A stretch of DNA of 64,000 nucleotides from contig OX597833.1 of the NCBI GenBank assembly GCA_951406725.2, positions 9,486,001 to 9,550,000 on the forward strand. The letters run 5' to 3'. This DNA is from Octopus vulgaris (taxonomy: Eukaryota). Position 1 is the stretch's first letter. Every line of letters starts with the position of its first letter. The notes beneath the pieces are model-generated. The model had not been told where the DNA came from. It was given only the letters and a program-made list of their open reading frames with translations, and ran no database searches. This document shows, one piece after another, positions 25,700-40,722 of the stretch. The position numbers and the translations under genes were made by a program.

Positions 25700-27297
25700 T
25701 AAAGAGTAGAGGTCAGTAAGAATCGAAAAGAGCGTTTTGGTAGTCTCGAAATACGTTGTGTGAACACATTGATTAACCCTCGCTTCGTTAATTTATAAAG
25801 CCAGCTTGTGACAAGCATATAAAAGTGGCGACGAGATATTCGAAGTTTACGTCGGACGTTTAGATTTTTTTTAAAGAGAAATCATTAACATGGAGATTCG
25901 TTGGCTTGCGTGGTGAAGTTGCAACAACAAAAACAACAACAATTACAACAACTACAACAGCAGCAATAATAATGCCAACAGTTGCTGGAAGTAATGTTGA
26001 AAAAGTCCGAAAATATTTCAGGTTCGTTCTCGTCTGACAGCGTAGCAAATTCAATCAGAGAATTTATTTATAACCCAGAGGGTACTACTTTTTCTGCATA
26101 TTTTAGAAGATATGAAGAAATCTTCAAAAAAAAAAATGTAAAAATTGGAATGACGAAAAGAAGGTGCAACTACGTTTAAGGAAGTTATCCCTTGCCAAAC
26201 ACGAAAATTACCGTAACTATATTCTGTCGAAGAAACCAGGTGAGATTTGTTTCGATGAAACAGTTAATTTGTTATCGAGAATTTTCAGCGAAAGAAGTTC
26301 CCTGTTCAATACTCGTTGGCAATGTTTAAATTTAGTTAACAGATGACGATTTCCTTATGCTGGAGTAGTTAACCGAGAGTGTGAAAAAGTAAATGAAATA
26401 ACTCCGAATTTTTCAAATGTCTAATTTTTGTTCAAGGGTTAACGGCAAAAAAAGATACTGACATACATTCCCGTATACTAAAAAAATTAGAACAGGCTCA
26501 AAAATTAACTATACAGGCAACGGCTGAAGAATGCCATAGGATTATAAATTTAAGGCATGACGCGGCTAAAATTGAAGAAAAAGTTTGCTCTCAGATACAT
26601 GCGTATCGACCTGAAACGAATAAGAAAAAAGAAAAACGAACATCAAGACCAAATCCATGCTATGAGTACAGAGGTTTACATTTGAAAAGTAATTATCTTT
26701 TTAAAAATCGTAAATGTTTTGATTGTGGAAAAACCGGGCATAAAACCTCAACTTAGAAAGAATGTATTGCTAAAAAATTCTAAGCGAGGATCAGAGAAGA
26801 AAATTTGTGTCCATAAAAATGAATTGTGTTAATACCAAGTTACAAATGGATACGAGCAGAGATATCACGATAATTAATACAGATACATGGAAAAAAATAG
26901 GGAAACCTAGATTAAAGAAAACCTCGAAAATTGCGCGAGGTGTTTCAGGAAAAAAATTGCATTTTACGGGCGAAATGATAAGTGATGTTACATTTCGTAG
27001 AAAAAGCCAAAGTTTTTGTGTTGAAAAATGCAAATTTATTTCAAACAGACTGGATGGAACTATTTAACTTATGGGACTTCCCTGTACATATTCTTTTGTA
27101 AAAATATGAATAGTTCCATCACCAGTACAAACAAGGCATCGGAAGATTTAAAAAAAGTTTAAAACAAATTTTTCCTGGAGTTTTTTTTTTCTGAGGAATT
27201 GGGTCTTTGCACTAAAACAGAGGCGAAGTTTTCGAGAGAAAGAAAACGCTATACTGGTATTTAAACCGAGAATAACGGTACCTTTCGCAGCGTTTAA
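25700..27297 (+). mobile_element. Gypsy-type LTR retrotransposon 5' remnant (gag and protease)
   Basis: PBS-like TGGCGACGAG (25826-25835); gag TTFSAYFRRYEEIF and SLFNTRWQCLNL; knuckle CFDCGKTGH; protease LQMDTSRDITII...WKKIGKP. Confidence 0.8.
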
Positions 27298-27344
27298 CTG
27301 TTATATAAACATAACACATTCTCTTTTCTTTTCTCCTCTTATAG

Positions 27345-27485
27345 TTGCTGCCCTCACCTGCTACTATTGCTCCAATCGAGTGGAGAAGGCCTGTGGCGGC
27401 AACTTTCAATCATATTTATTCAAAAGTTCAACGTGCGATTCCACATATTCAAAATGCGCTCTGCAGAAAAACCCACCCCTGAAAG
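27345..27485 (+). CDS. Internal exon of a Ly6/uPAR (three-finger, quiver/sleepless-like) gene
   Basis: Polypyrimidine tract plus TATAG acceptor; G|GTAAGT donor; 141 bp, phase 1/1. Encodes AALTCYYCSNRVEKACGGNFQSYLFKSSTCDSTYSKCALQKNPPLK (Cys1-5). Confidence 0.9.
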
Positions 27486-27797
27486 GTAAGTCAACATACA
27501 CATGGTTATACACATATATCGTTACACACAAACACACATGAATATGTATACAAACAGGTACGCACATATGACAATACAAGCATACAACCCCCCCCCATAA
27601 TTCTTGCATTTGCACACAGTCACACTTATAAATAGGGTAATACAGACATATTAAACAAAACAAGCCGGAACTGGATAATGCAGAACTAGAAACTGTACAT
27701 GCAAACATTTAAGTGGAAAATTCTCGGGTAAAAGGCTATCCGTATATTTCTTATCTTATATCTAAATAACTTCACCAAAAACAACAACAACAACAAC

Positions 27798-27829
<32 letters not shown>

Positions 27830-27889
27830 AAGGCACAGAAACACTAATACAACCCAGTAGGAAAACTGAAAAATAAATCTCAAAGACTG

Positions 27890-28378
27890 GAATATCTACA
27901 ACTTCCTGTGAGTATTTTAAATTTCCCTCGAAATAAGAAACATATATCTATAGTTTTCGAACACAGAAACGATCAGCTTTAAAAATTTTAATATCCACAA
28001 CTTCTGCGAATACATATCCTTTTCTTTCTCCCTGACAATTCGAAAATGTAAACATCCTCTTTATTATAAGAACACTATAGTTTTCTCTTTTCGGACATAC
28101 AAAAGATCATCGTTAGTAAATTTTTAAAACTTTAATGTCTACAATTTTCTGTAAAACTTTTACCCTCCTTTTCTTTCCTTTCCCTCCTCCTTGAGTATTC
28201 GAAAATGTAGACATCCTTTTTATTGCAAAAACAGTCGTCTCTCATCGGACATATAAAGGAACATCTAAAAAAGTTTTTTTTAAAATTTTAATATCTACAA
28301 TTTTGTGTGAAAATTTTATCTTTCTTTTTTCCTTGACTAACCGAATATGTAAACATTCCTTTTATTGTAACAACACAA
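27890..28378. repeat. Degenerate ~150-bp tandem repeat
   Basis: Recurrent AATATCTACAA... and CGAAAATGTAAACATCC...TTTATT motifs, 3-4 units. Confidence 0.6.
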
Positions 28379-28659
28379 TTAAGTGCACGATAAAAAACAA
28401 AAAATTAAGAAGGTAATCACCTGCCAATATATAGAAACTGCACAATTACAAAAACTGTAAACCACAGTAAAACTTATAAAAAGAAAAGAAAAATTTCAAA
28501 GGAAAAATAATTCAATGAAGTGAACATCAGTATATATACATATATACATAAAATAAAAAAGAGTGAAAAAACTACAGAAGGCTTGTTTTATAAGGTTGAA
28601 GAATATATTTAAGTCGTTATGTTAGAAAAATGTTATAAAATTTTGTGTATAGTAACATA

Positions 28660-29948
28660 CGAGGGACGTTCAATAAGTAATGCCTCTGACCCACTTGCAG
28701 TTGTTTGATCTAGCTGAAATTTTGCATGTGCAATCATTTATATCTCTATAGAGTGAGTGGCAAGTTACAGCTCTGAATTAATTGTGGTTTCTGATTTACA
28801 GGTGTTTGAACCGAGTCAAGTGTGAAATGGAGCCTGTTGAGTGTCGAGCAGTGATCAGGTTTTTGTATTTGAAAGGACGCACACCACGGGAGACTTTTGA
28901 TGAAATGAAAGTAACTTATGGTGATGATGCCCCATCATATGACCTTGTAAAACGCTGGCATCGTGAATTCAAACATGGTCGGAACTCCGTGGAAACATCT
29001 CCCAGATCTGGTCGCCCCTTCTGCCATTGATGAGGCATCTGTCCGTCAAGTTGAGGCTGCCATTTTGGAAGATCGACGCATAATTATTCGCCAAATATCC
29101 CATGAGGTCAAGATTAGTACCGGATCTGTGGAAACTATCATTCATGACCATTTGCATATGCAAAAGGTGTCTGCCAGATGGATTCCCAGGTTGCTCACGC
29201 CTTTCCAGAAGCAAGAACGCGTCGAGTGTTCGAGGGTGAATTTGGAGATGTGCCAAGAAGATGAGTCAAAATTTTTCAAAAGACTGATTACACAGGATGA
29301 AACCTGGGTCCATCACGATGATCCAGAGACCAAAGCCCAGTCAATGCAGTGGAAGCACTGTGACTCACCCCTCCAAAGAAGGTAAGGGTGCAGCCCTCCT
29401 CTGGCAAGGTCATGCTCACAGTCTTCTGGGACCAGGACGGAGTAGTGATGACAGATTTCCTGGCAAAGGGTACCACAATTGCAGGAGCCTATTATGCTTC
29501 ACTTTTGAGGAAATTAAGAGAAGTTATCAAAATCAAGAGGCGGGGCAAGATCAGCAAAGGCATCCTCCTCCTGCATGACAACGCTCCGGTCCACAACTCG
29601 CTTGTCGCCAGATCAGAAGCACAGGCGTATGGCTATGAACTCCTCCCCCATCCCCCTACTTTCCTGACCTTGCACCCTCTGATTTTCACCTCTTCCCAGT
29701 CATGAAGTTGTTTTTGAAAGGAAAGCGTTTCCCAGATGATGCAGCCTTGATTTCTGAAGTCACGTTCAGGTTGGAGGACCAAGCTGGGGTCTTCTACAAA
29801 AACGGTCTCCAGAGCTGCATCAAACAACGGGAGAAATGCGTAACTCTGGGTGGTTCCTATGTAGAAAAAGACTAATAACTGTGCCAAGTTTCGTTGCTCT
29901 ACTGCTATGGGAAGTGGGTCAGGAGCATTACTTATTGAACGCCCCTCG
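28660..29948 (+). mobile_element. Mariner DNA transposon, full length (1289 bp), frameshifted transposase
   Basis: ~37-bp TIRs CGAGGG(A/G)CGTTCAATAAGTAATGC..CTGACCCACTT with TA on both sides. Transposase 28827-29875 has WIPRLL, DETWV, HDNAPVH and a frameshifted PDLAPSDF. Confidence 0.95.
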
Positions 29949-30619
29949 TAGCTTTTGGAGAAATACCCGGTTTCGTGTAAACTTTTCAAATTTCTCAAAT
30001 TTCTTTACCTACATCGTGTCATGTCTTCGTTATGTAAACGAAGACATGACACAAAATTTTATAACAAAATTTTAACATTTTTCTAACATAACGACTTAAT
30101 ATATATTCTTCAACCTTATAACACAAGCCTTGTGTAGTTTTTTCACTCTTTTCTATTTTTTATATATCCAACCACGTGCTTTCACACACCAACTTTCTCA
30201 CCTATATATATATAATTATTTTTTCTATCAATAATTAAAAATAGAACAAGAAGACTAGGTTCTTTTCAAGACCAATGTCAACGCTTTCATTTATCTCTAG
30301 GAGTAGTTAACACATTTGACCTCTGCTAATCCCAAGAGTATGAGACCGCTTTTGTCTCCTTATCATACTGGAATGCCCATTGCAGATCTTTTCACCGTCT
30401 GCCGAATCTATTTACAGACCTGTGTAATTTAATCTATTCACCAAGCTATCTATCTTGCTCCTACTATTCCCTGAAACACTCACATATTTATGAGCGTCTC
30501 AAGTACAAGACAAAGGTTGAAACTAAACGTCATTCAATAATACCTTTTAATAATAATTGGAAATAGTAATAATAATGGTAATAATGGTGATGGTGGCAAT
30601 AGTGTTAATAATAATAATT

Positions 30620-33028
30620 TAGCGAAAACTCATGTCGGATCAGAGGAAATATTAACAATGACAAATAGGAAAAATTCAACATAATAATGTGATGATGATA
30701 ATAATGAAAGGAAGCGGTTGGAATCTTCCTATGCTCTGATTGATGATACATCTAGTGATGGTGTTACAATAAAAACACTGGTGACAATGTTACACCCGGC
30801 AGACTCAGAGATACTATTTCGACTCCAGCCTGTCGTTATCCAACAGCAGAGGAAACGATGACTATACAGTTCCGAGTGATAAAAATAATCTCATAGCAGA
30901 AAACAGGTGAAATCTCTAATAAACCACAGGAAAGGAACAGTGATAGCTTGCTCGATGAGAGACGTATAAATGGTTTGGAAGAAGGCATTAAAACTAATGA
31001 TGATATGACAGATTGGCAAAAGGCAATCTACGACAAAATAAAGCCAAGGCCATGGGGGAATGATAGCGACATTATTTTCAACCTTAAAAAGGTCGATCTG
31101 TGGAAATTGAACCAAGAGACGAAAGCTGTGACTGAAATTCTGAAATACATCAGGACAAAAACATCACAGAAACAAATAATTTGATCAAGGCAGCAAGTAT
31201 TGTTGTGGCATAAATTGTCGGTGTTGATGTCAAGAAAAAGAAATATAATGAGAGTGACAAAAGAAAAGAGCCATGGTGGAAAAGAAGAATACAGGTGGGG
31301 TTTAGATATGCTCTCGAAGAAGGACATTTCTGTGTTAAACCGAAAAGAAAAGAGAGATCTTAGAAGCGAACAAAAATACAGGGCACTGAACAGGAAGTAT
31401 AATGTTGAAAGAAAGGGCCTGAAAGTGGTAATGGAGCAACTGAAACAGCACCTTGTTTCAAAGAAAGCAAATTTGGTCAGATACGACCAAAGAATGAAAG
31501 GTTACCAGCAGAATAGGTTATTCAGAATAACAGGCAGAACTAGTCATTTCAGATAGGGAAGTGAAGGAAATCAGCAAAAAATGGGCAACTGGAAGGCCTC
31601 GTGATCAGATGGATTTCAAGACTACTGAACCAAAAGATTTGGTGAATGTCATGCACGAATAGCTGCAAAACTCAACACCTTGTTAAATGCCGACCAAGTA
31701 ACACCAGAGTGATTGAGAATGGGTAGGACAGTGCTGTGCATGAAAAACACCGAAAAAGGCAATACGGTATACAATTACAGGCTGATATCCTGCTTGCCAT
31801 TTGTGTGGAAATTATTGACTGGAATACTCGCAGAATCAATGTACGAACATCTGGGAAAAAAATGGAGTCCTGCCACATGAGTAGAAGGGTTGCAAGCTTA
31901 AGTGCAGAGGTACCAAGGATCAACTCCTGAGTGACAAAACTGTGCCTAGAGACTGCAAGGAGGAAAACTAACTTAGCCATGTCATGGATCGATTATCGTA
32001 AGGCGTACGATATGATCCTACATCCTTGGATTATGGTATATATGAACCGATTTGGTATTGCATCGAATGTTGAGCGATTGCTCGGAAAAAGTATGTCGAA
32101 GTGGAGGACGGAACTGACAGCATACGGAAGAAGTTTAGGGACAATAGAAATCAGGAGAGTCATCTTCTAACGCGACTGCCTGTCACCACTGACCTTTGTA
32201 CTGTGCATGACATGACTAACACCGATTCTGAGGAAAGCAAAGGGTGGGTGTGTATTCAAAAGCCGCCAACAAAATGTCAACCACTTGTTATCCATGGATG
32301 ATCTCAAACTTTATGGTAAAGATGAATCCCAAGTCAGTTCCCTCGTTGATACGGTGTATACTCTCAGTGCTGATATCAGAATGGAGTTCGAACTGAAAAA
32401 GTATGGCGTGTTAGTCTTGAATGGAGGCAAAATCAAATGTATGGATGGGCTAGCGATACCGTCGGGGGAGGTTTTGAAGTAGATGATGATGGCAGAATAA
32501 ACAAACTATAAGTACTTGGTGATATTGGAAATGGATAAATTGAAGGAGAAAGAACTGACAGAAAAATTTAAGCTTGGAGTACTCGCGTAGACTGAGACTG
32601 ATCCTTAAGTCGAAATTAAACAGACGGAATAAGATTGAACCTATCAACACCTGAATGACTTCACTCCTTAGATATTGAGCAGGAGTAATGGCATGGAAAA
32701 TAGACGAACTAAACAGCTTAGACAGAAAGACAAAGAAGATGCGGACTAGATTTGGGATGAACATGTCATGAACTGAATGAACACACACACCACAAAAATA
32801 TTGAACTTTTTCCTCAACCTAGTATTACCGCTGGAGGTACCAAAGATCACAATGTTATGGTGAATAAAAAAGAAAGAACATGTATGATTATCAACATAGC
32901 ATTCTCCGGTGACAACAGAATCAATGTGAAAGAAGAAAAAATAAACAACTACGACGATTTAAAGTGGGAAATACGAAAGTTGTGGTCAATGAAGAGAGTA
33001 GACATGATACCAGTAGTAATTGGCGCTT
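30620..33028 (+). mobile_element. Old R4/Dong-like RLE LINE with RT remnants
   Basis: MSWIDYRKAYD, LSPL, NHLLSMDDLKLYG and C-terminal KWEIRKLWSMKRVDMIPVVIGA. Many stops. Starts near degenerate AAT repeats. Confidence 0.8.
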
Positions 33029-33471
33029 TTTCTACTAAAGGCACAAGGCTTGAAGTTTCATCGACCCCGAAAGGAAAAAAGACAAAGTCGACCTCAGTGA
33101 AATTTGAATTCAGAACGTAAAGACAGACGAAATGCCACTAAACATTTCCTCCACCCCGGTGTGCTAACTATCCTGTCAGCTCGAATATTGATAGCTGTGA
33201 CAGGAAACATATTTGACGCCACATCCTTTGTATTTCAATTTACAGGTCCTTATATTCATTAAACTTCTCAAATTCCTTAACAGCGATATTCTTTATCATC
33301 TATCAATTTACAAGTATTTTCTAGCCTGTCTTTAATAATGTCTGGTTGATTTGTCTGGATTGTTCTATCAGTGTTGACCAGAAAATAACACGTTAACAAC
33401 TTTGAAGCACCAGGTAGTGACTGCACATAAAACAATATACTGAAGCGTGTTTACATTCGAGATGCTTGTGT

Positions 33472-33604
<133 letters not shown>

Positions 33605-33663
33605 TGATTAACCAAAATTTGTTTTTGTTTCATCACTAACATTCTCTTTTCTCGCCTTTTCAG

Positions 33664-33884
33664 ATGGATGGATCGGTTACATCCGGGGATGTTACAAACA
33701 AGGTGCGCTGCAGGGCATCGACGACAGCAACGGTTGCCGATACTGGACATCGCCCCTCAATAACATGACGGCACTCTACTGTTTCTGTGACACAGATTAT
33801 TGTAATAGTTCTCCAACTGGCTATTTTTCTCTAGGATTTTCCATCACCATTGCCATCGCGATAACTGTCATTATTGTTTTCTAA
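33664..33884 (+). CDS. Terminal coding exon of the Ly6/uPAR gene, with GPI-anchor signal
   Basis: Polypyrimidine tract plus CAG acceptor, phase 1. Encodes (D)GWIGYIRGCYKQGALQGIDDSNGCRYWTSPLNNMTALYCFCDTDYCNSSPTGYFSLGFSITIAIAITVIIVF*, with CxCxxxxCN followed by a hydrophobic tail. Confidence 0.92.
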
Positions 33885-34113
33885 AAGAAAAAATGGGATG
33901 AGAACTATTAGTTTTTGTTCTTGGATTTTTTACTAGTGTGGATGTTATTGTTCAAATTGGTGTGGTTGTCTTTTCTCTAGTTTGTTTATTCTGCCATCAT
34001 ATGTCTATCTAATCTTTTACGTGTTCACCAGTTTCTTCTCCAATTGTATTCCATTGGTATTTTATTACCTATCACCTTAGATCTAAAATATAATCCTCCC
34101 ATTTAAGAAACCA

Positions 34114-34119
34114 AATAAA
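34114..34119 (+). promoter_or_regulatory. Candidate polyadenylation signal of the Ly6 gene
   Basis: First AATAAA I found after the stop codon; others occur near 34224 and 34294. Confidence 0.35.
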
Positions 34120-35141
34120 TAGTAAAAATACATGAATACTTCATTAAGACCACCCACCTGTCATAATTAAGAATTTCGTCATACCCCAGCATAGCCGCAG
34201 TCCAACGAATGAAACAACTAAAAGAATAAAAGAATACAGTTATCCAGTATTTTATCCAATTGGTGATCCTTCAACAAAGTATTTGCTTGTTATAATAAAT
34301 CGTTAAAACGAAGCGGGTTTAAATATAAAATCAGTTTTATTAATAACATCACTTCTCAGATACGTCAAAACAGGAAACGCGAATCCATTGGGTTTATTTT
34401 GGCTGCTAATTAAATACCAAAGAAACACAAATATAACATTTTTTAATAGAAATAGTTGAATACAAAAACTTATAAACAATAATTTGCATCTAATAATTCC
34501 TGTTTAAGTACTTGCTTGAAAGCCATAAATTGCCCTTTAAATAAGTGATATTTTTCAAAATCAATAGTTTATTATACAAAAGCGTTTACAGCTAATAATT
34601 CAGTTTCCAAAGATTATGTCAAGTTAACATTAATTTTTAGGCGACGATTATTTTCATACAACTACACATACACACACACACACACACACACTCTCTCTCT
34701 CACTGATGTCAATAAATATTCATACGCATACACACACATATATCGATATATGTATTATTCTTATAACGACAGCAATTAAATTTATACAAGTACACAGATA
34801 TATTAAAATGCACATGCATATACATACACACAATATACACACATGCGTTTGTATTTATTGATAGCACCACCCAACGATATGTTACTCAGAAATACGAGAT
34901 GAACGTGGTTCTCATGTTCCTTTTAAACGTACATTTTAGTCTCACAGTACGGAATAGAGATCATGATTAAACAATAGATTTTTCACTTAGTGACTAGAAA
35001 AACTAATTCTTCCAAATAGTTTCAGGCCTTATTATTAAGTTATCAGAGGTCGATTTCTAATTTTGTGAACCCGCAGTTAGCACCCGTTTCCTCGTCACAA
35101 TATGGCAAAGACGTATGAGTGTTAAAAACATGTGCCTCCAC

Positions 35142-35183
<42 letters not shown>

Positions 35184-35220
35184 ATGTGTGTGTGGGAGGG
35201 ATGTGTATGCATTTTCTTAT

Positions 35221-35430
35221 TTTACTACCTCCGCCTTAGCGAAGACGGAGGTATTGTTTTCAGTCGTGTTTGTTTGTTTGCTTGTCCGAGGACGAGATAT
35301 CCCAAGAACTGTTGGTTAGATTTGGATGACACTTTCAGAAATGTTTGGCCTCCTGATTGGCACGAACTGATTAGATTTTGTGATCGATCCGGTACCGGAC
35401 AAGGATTCTGGATAATTCGTTATATTTACT
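35221..35430 (+). mobile_element. HINE/DINE-1-like (Helentron-associated) non-autonomous element, 5' part
   Basis: T-rich start, subterminal hairpin TACCTCCG...CGGAGGTA (35226-35253), then a (GTTT)n-like tract. Confidence 0.55.
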
Positions 35431-36204
35431 TTACATGATTACGATCTTACGTTGATTTTCAAGTCTTTCTCAGTTATCTCCCTTTAGGCTGTTTCCAAAG
35501 TGTTATTTTCGTTTCTTAATCATCAATTTTATTCGCGTCTCTATCTTAGTAGAAATAAATGGATAAATACATTAAAGTACATAAACAAACGGCAGCAAAA
35601 CCGTTCAGAAATTAAATGAAACTGACATATTTTATAATATATATATTATACATACAAATTAACACTTTACAGTATACTTATATACAAACATACATCTATA
35701 CATCGATCCATTTGCTTTCATTTCTGTGTCTGTGTGCGCGCGCATGTGTGAGAGAGTGTTTCCAGGTCATTGCTTTTGCGTGTGTCCGTGTGTGTGTGTG
35801 TGTGTGTGTGTCCGTGTGTGCGTGTGTGTGTGTGTGTTTGAGAGTGAGTGAGTGTGTAACTGTGTGTTTTCATTTCTGTGTGAGTGTGAGAGTGTGTGTT
35901 CGTGTTTTCATTTCTGTGTGTGTATTTGTTTGTGTGTGTGCGACAATTACAGCTATAACAAACACTTTGACCAGCTCTAAGATACCCACATTTTCAGATC
36001 ACTAACTTCTAAATCAAAAGAAATTCAATTTATTGGATCTTTAGCGACAACATATTATTTCACACCGGTTGTGAAGCAGTGATGAGGGAGAAACACAAAG
36101 ACACACATATATACATATATACATACATATACATCTATATCTATAGAAATACATTTATACATATACAGCTATACATATACATGTATAGATATACATGTAT
36201 ATAT

Positions 36205-36243
<39 letters not shown>

Positions 36244-36337
36244 TACATGTAAATATATATATACATCTATATCTATCTATCTATCTATCTATCTATATAT
36301 ATATATATATATACATGTAAATATATATATACATCTA

Positions 36338-36407
<70 letters not shown>

Positions 36408-36411
<4 letters not shown>

Positions 36412-36600
36412 TAATCCAAACATGAAAACACAAAGAGAAAACACAACAACGCGAGGACGTGGAACAATATAGTATTATTGGACGCTAAGGAAAGAAGGAG
36501 GGTTTAACGTTTCGAGCGGAGCTCATAGGAAAAGGAAAGATCCAAAGAAGGGAAGACGGAGAAAAAAATCGCCAACGGTACACACGCGGTTACATTTTGA
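36408..36600 (-). mobile_element. Penelope-associated repeat with defective hammerhead remnant
   Basis: Minus strand GAGCTCCGCTC-GAAACGTTAAA but no CTGAnGA box; flanked by (TA)n. Confidence 0.45.
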
Positions 36601-36879
36601 ATATATATATATACATGTAAATTTAAGTTAAAAATAATAAGGGTGAAAAATTGAATATTAATTTGATTAAAATGAATTGAAAACCAGTGGTGTAGCAGAT
36701 AAGACCATAGCGGATCTTCTTCTAGCAAAATGGATGTCCACTGTTAATGGTTCATCCCTCTTATATAATAGTTTCACTTTATTAGTTTCACTATTAAAGT
36801 GAAAGCATATGACATTACAATACAGAGATGTTTTGTTTCACTTTTAACACGTAATACCGAAATAGTGGAGAAGATATGA

Positions 36880-37048
36880 TATTGCTGTGGGCTCGCCCTC
36901 GGCAAGAAGTTAAATTTTTTTGCCCATAACACTACATGGACCCTAAGTAAGGCATGTGCAAAATTTGAATAAAATTGGTTGTGTAGTTCTCAAGTTTATT
37001 GATTCACACAGACAGACACACACACATTCTCAGGTTTATATATATAGA
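36880..37048 (-). mobile_element. Non-autonomous Helitron-like 5' end
   Basis: Minus strand A|TCTATATATATAAA followed by (TG)/(TGTC) repeats. No 3' end identified. Confidence 0.45.
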
Positions 37049-37065
37049 TATCTATCGATATATCT

Positions 37066-37126
<61 letters not shown>

Positions 37127-37162
37127 TTTATATATATTTATATATATTTATATATATATATA

Positions 37163-39903
37163 TACTCAAATTCGGTGTGTGACACACTAATTGTACATAT
37201 AAGGCAACTTGGTGTAGTTATATGTGCTACATATCACCCTCCAGATGCCCCAAGCAATGTAGGCAAGTTTGAAGACTGCCTTATAAAAATAGAAGTTCTA
37301 GTCACATTAGAACAACACATAAGTGTACTTCTTATAGGAGACTTCAATCTGCCCAATGTCAGATGGCCCGAGGGCCTTTCTCTCCCAGGAATGACACGAT
37401 GCGAACGAGAACAGGCGAGGTCCCTCCTGAACCTCATCAACACTCTGTACATGGAGCAAATAATACTCCAACCAACCATGGCAGGTAACATACTGGATCT
37501 CTGCTTCACAAATAATATGGATCTCATCCATAATGTGAAAGTGACACCGACACTACTCTCGGATCACAACATGGTAGAGCTGACCATGTACGGGCCAAAG
37601 GAAAGCATGGGCATGCAGTCTACAAGAAACTCTCAGAATCTTTCCAGCTTGAACTTCCATAAGGCAAACTGGAAACGAATTGAGAAAGAGATCCTCAAAC
37701 AAAACTGGCCTGAATGTCTCTCCATCGACATGAAACTCCAACAATTCATGTCTGTAATGCAAGCCATATGCTACAAATGTGTCCCAGAGAGAAAGGCCAC
37801 TGTACACAAGAACAAAATCCCCAGAGAGAGGAAAATTCTAATGAGACGGCGTACAAAAGTTTCAAATCGTCTAAACAAACAAATTGAAAGCAGTGAAAAG
37901 TCCCGCCTGAAAATAAAACAATTGGAAATTGAAAAATGTCTGCAACTCTCTCATGAAAAAGAAAGAGCAGACAAAAAAGCCTGGGCTATAGACAACATAA
38001 AATCTAACCCCAGAACTTTCTACAGGTATGCCAAAGAAACAGCTACGGTACACTGTAGGATAGGGCCACTCCTTGAAAAGGATGGCACACTCATAGGAAA
38101 TCCAATGAGGATAAGTGAAATACTAAATGAGCAATTCAAGAGTATTTTCACTCCACCCCTAGGGCATTTTCAAGTCAGTAATCCAACTGACTTCTTTACC
38201 ACTGCAGATATAAAATCAGAGGCAGCGATGATTGATTACATCAATATAAAGGAAGACGATGCCATAAAGGCTATAGATGAAATGAAAACAAACTCAGCTA
38301 CTGGCCCGGATGGATTCCCGGCAATCCTTCTAAAAGTATGTAAGAGAGTCCTAGCAAGACCACTGCAGTTCCTCGTTCAGAGCTTCCTTGCAACTGGCAA
38401 ACTTCCAAGAAAACCGAAGGAAGGTAAAATATGCCCTATTCATAAAGGAGGTAGCAGAGCGGAGGCCAAGAACTACAGACCTATCTCTCTGACCTCACAC
38501 ATCAGTAAGGTCATGGAACGAATAGTCAGAAGGAAACTAATCACCTTCCTTGAAGAAAATGACTTGCTGCCTGACACCCAACATGGTTTCCGACCAGGAA
38601 GAAGCTGCCTAACTCAGCTCCTACAACACTATGACTGGGTGCTGAAACGACTGCTCAACCACCCAAATGTGGAAGTCATATATCTTGACTTTGCAAAGGC
38701 CTTTGATAAAGTCGATCATGGAATGATATGTTACAAACTGCGTGATCTTGGCATAGTTGGAAAATTGGGAGAACGGCTTCATGACTTTCTCACGCAAATA
38801 GTGAGCGGTGTTCCGCAAGGCACTGTTTTGAAACCACTACTGTTCATAATGGCCCTCTCAGGCATGCCCTCAGCCACGCAGAGAGCCACGACCACAAGTT
38901 ATGCAGGTGATACAAAAGTTTCACATGCAATACAGAACCCTGAAGACACTATACACCTGCAATGTGAGTTGAAAAAAATATACAAGTGGGCTGAAAAGAA
39001 TAGCATGCAGTTCAATGCTGAAAAGTTTCAAGCTTTATGCTATCAGCATGCAAAACTAAATGCAATACCCAATAAATACGCTGGACCTGGAGGGATTGCA
39101 ATCCCAGAGGCACAATCAGTGCGAGACCTGGGTATTTACATGAGTGATGATGCAACCTTTCATGTGCATGTTGCTAAATTGGCAATGAAATGTAGGCGGC
39201 TGACCGGATGGATTCTTAGAACCTTTAGAACAAGAGACCAAGAAACCATGATGGTTCTCTGGAGGATACTTTTCCTAAGCCACTTTGACTATTGCTCTCA
39301 GCTATGGTCACCATCCAGTGTCAAGTTAATCACAGAACTGGAGGCGATCCAACGAAACTACACGAAGAAGATAGCCTCTGTGCAGCATATAAGCTACTGG
39401 GAAAGACTCAAGAGATTAAGACTCTATTCCTTAGAGCGTAGGCGAGAAAGCTATGCCATAATATACATCTGGAAGATCCTAGAAGGACTTGTCCCAAACT
39501 TTGGCATCGAGAGTTACACAAATACTAGAACTGGGCGCCACTGCGTAGTGCCAAGGACTCCAAATTTAGCATCAAGATGTAGGACAAGATACTGTGATAG
39601 CCTGGGCTTCAGAGGCCCATATTTCTTCAATATCCTCCCGAAGAATCTGAGAGACCTGCATGGGGTGGATGCAGATGTCTTTAAAATAAAACTGGATCTC
39701 TTCCTGTCAGATGTCCCAGATGAACCAACTTCACGGCAGGAGGTGCAGATGAGGGCAGCTGCATCGAACTCTCTCATGCACCAAATGGCAATTGCTAAAA
39801 AGCATTCGTGAAGTAAAATCATGTAGCAACACCAAATGGTGGTGCCCCAGCATGGCCACAGCTCGTGAGCTGAAACTAGATAAAATAAAAAAAATAAATA
39901 AAA

Positions 39904-39908
<5 letters not shown>
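37163..39908 (+). mobile_element. CR1-group LINE, 5'-truncated, ORF2 open but catalytically dead
   Basis: APE GDFN/SDHN and RT DFAKAFDKVDH. YADD is mutated to YAGD and ~16 aa are deleted in frame. Stop at 39811, A-rich tail, (TA)n on both flanks. Confidence 0.93.
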
Positions 39909-39957
<49 letters not shown>

Positions 39958-39959
39958 AT

Positions 39960-40722
<763 letters not shown>

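Noticed and set aside
29950-30015. Minus-strand GAAACCGGGTA as another hammerhead
   Set aside because: No CTGAnGA box upstream on that strand; at most a truncated remnant.
36722-36757. CTAG plus hairpin as the 3' end of a minus-strand Helitron
   Set aside because: The same sequence continues past the CTAG in the homologous repeat at 1-120, so it is internal to another repeat. The flanking base also breaks the A|T rule.
36956-37162. N-terminus of the 951-aa ORF
   Set aside because: It is read-through of a Helitron-like end and (TA)n. LINE homology begins only at ~37163, so this is not a real fusion protein.
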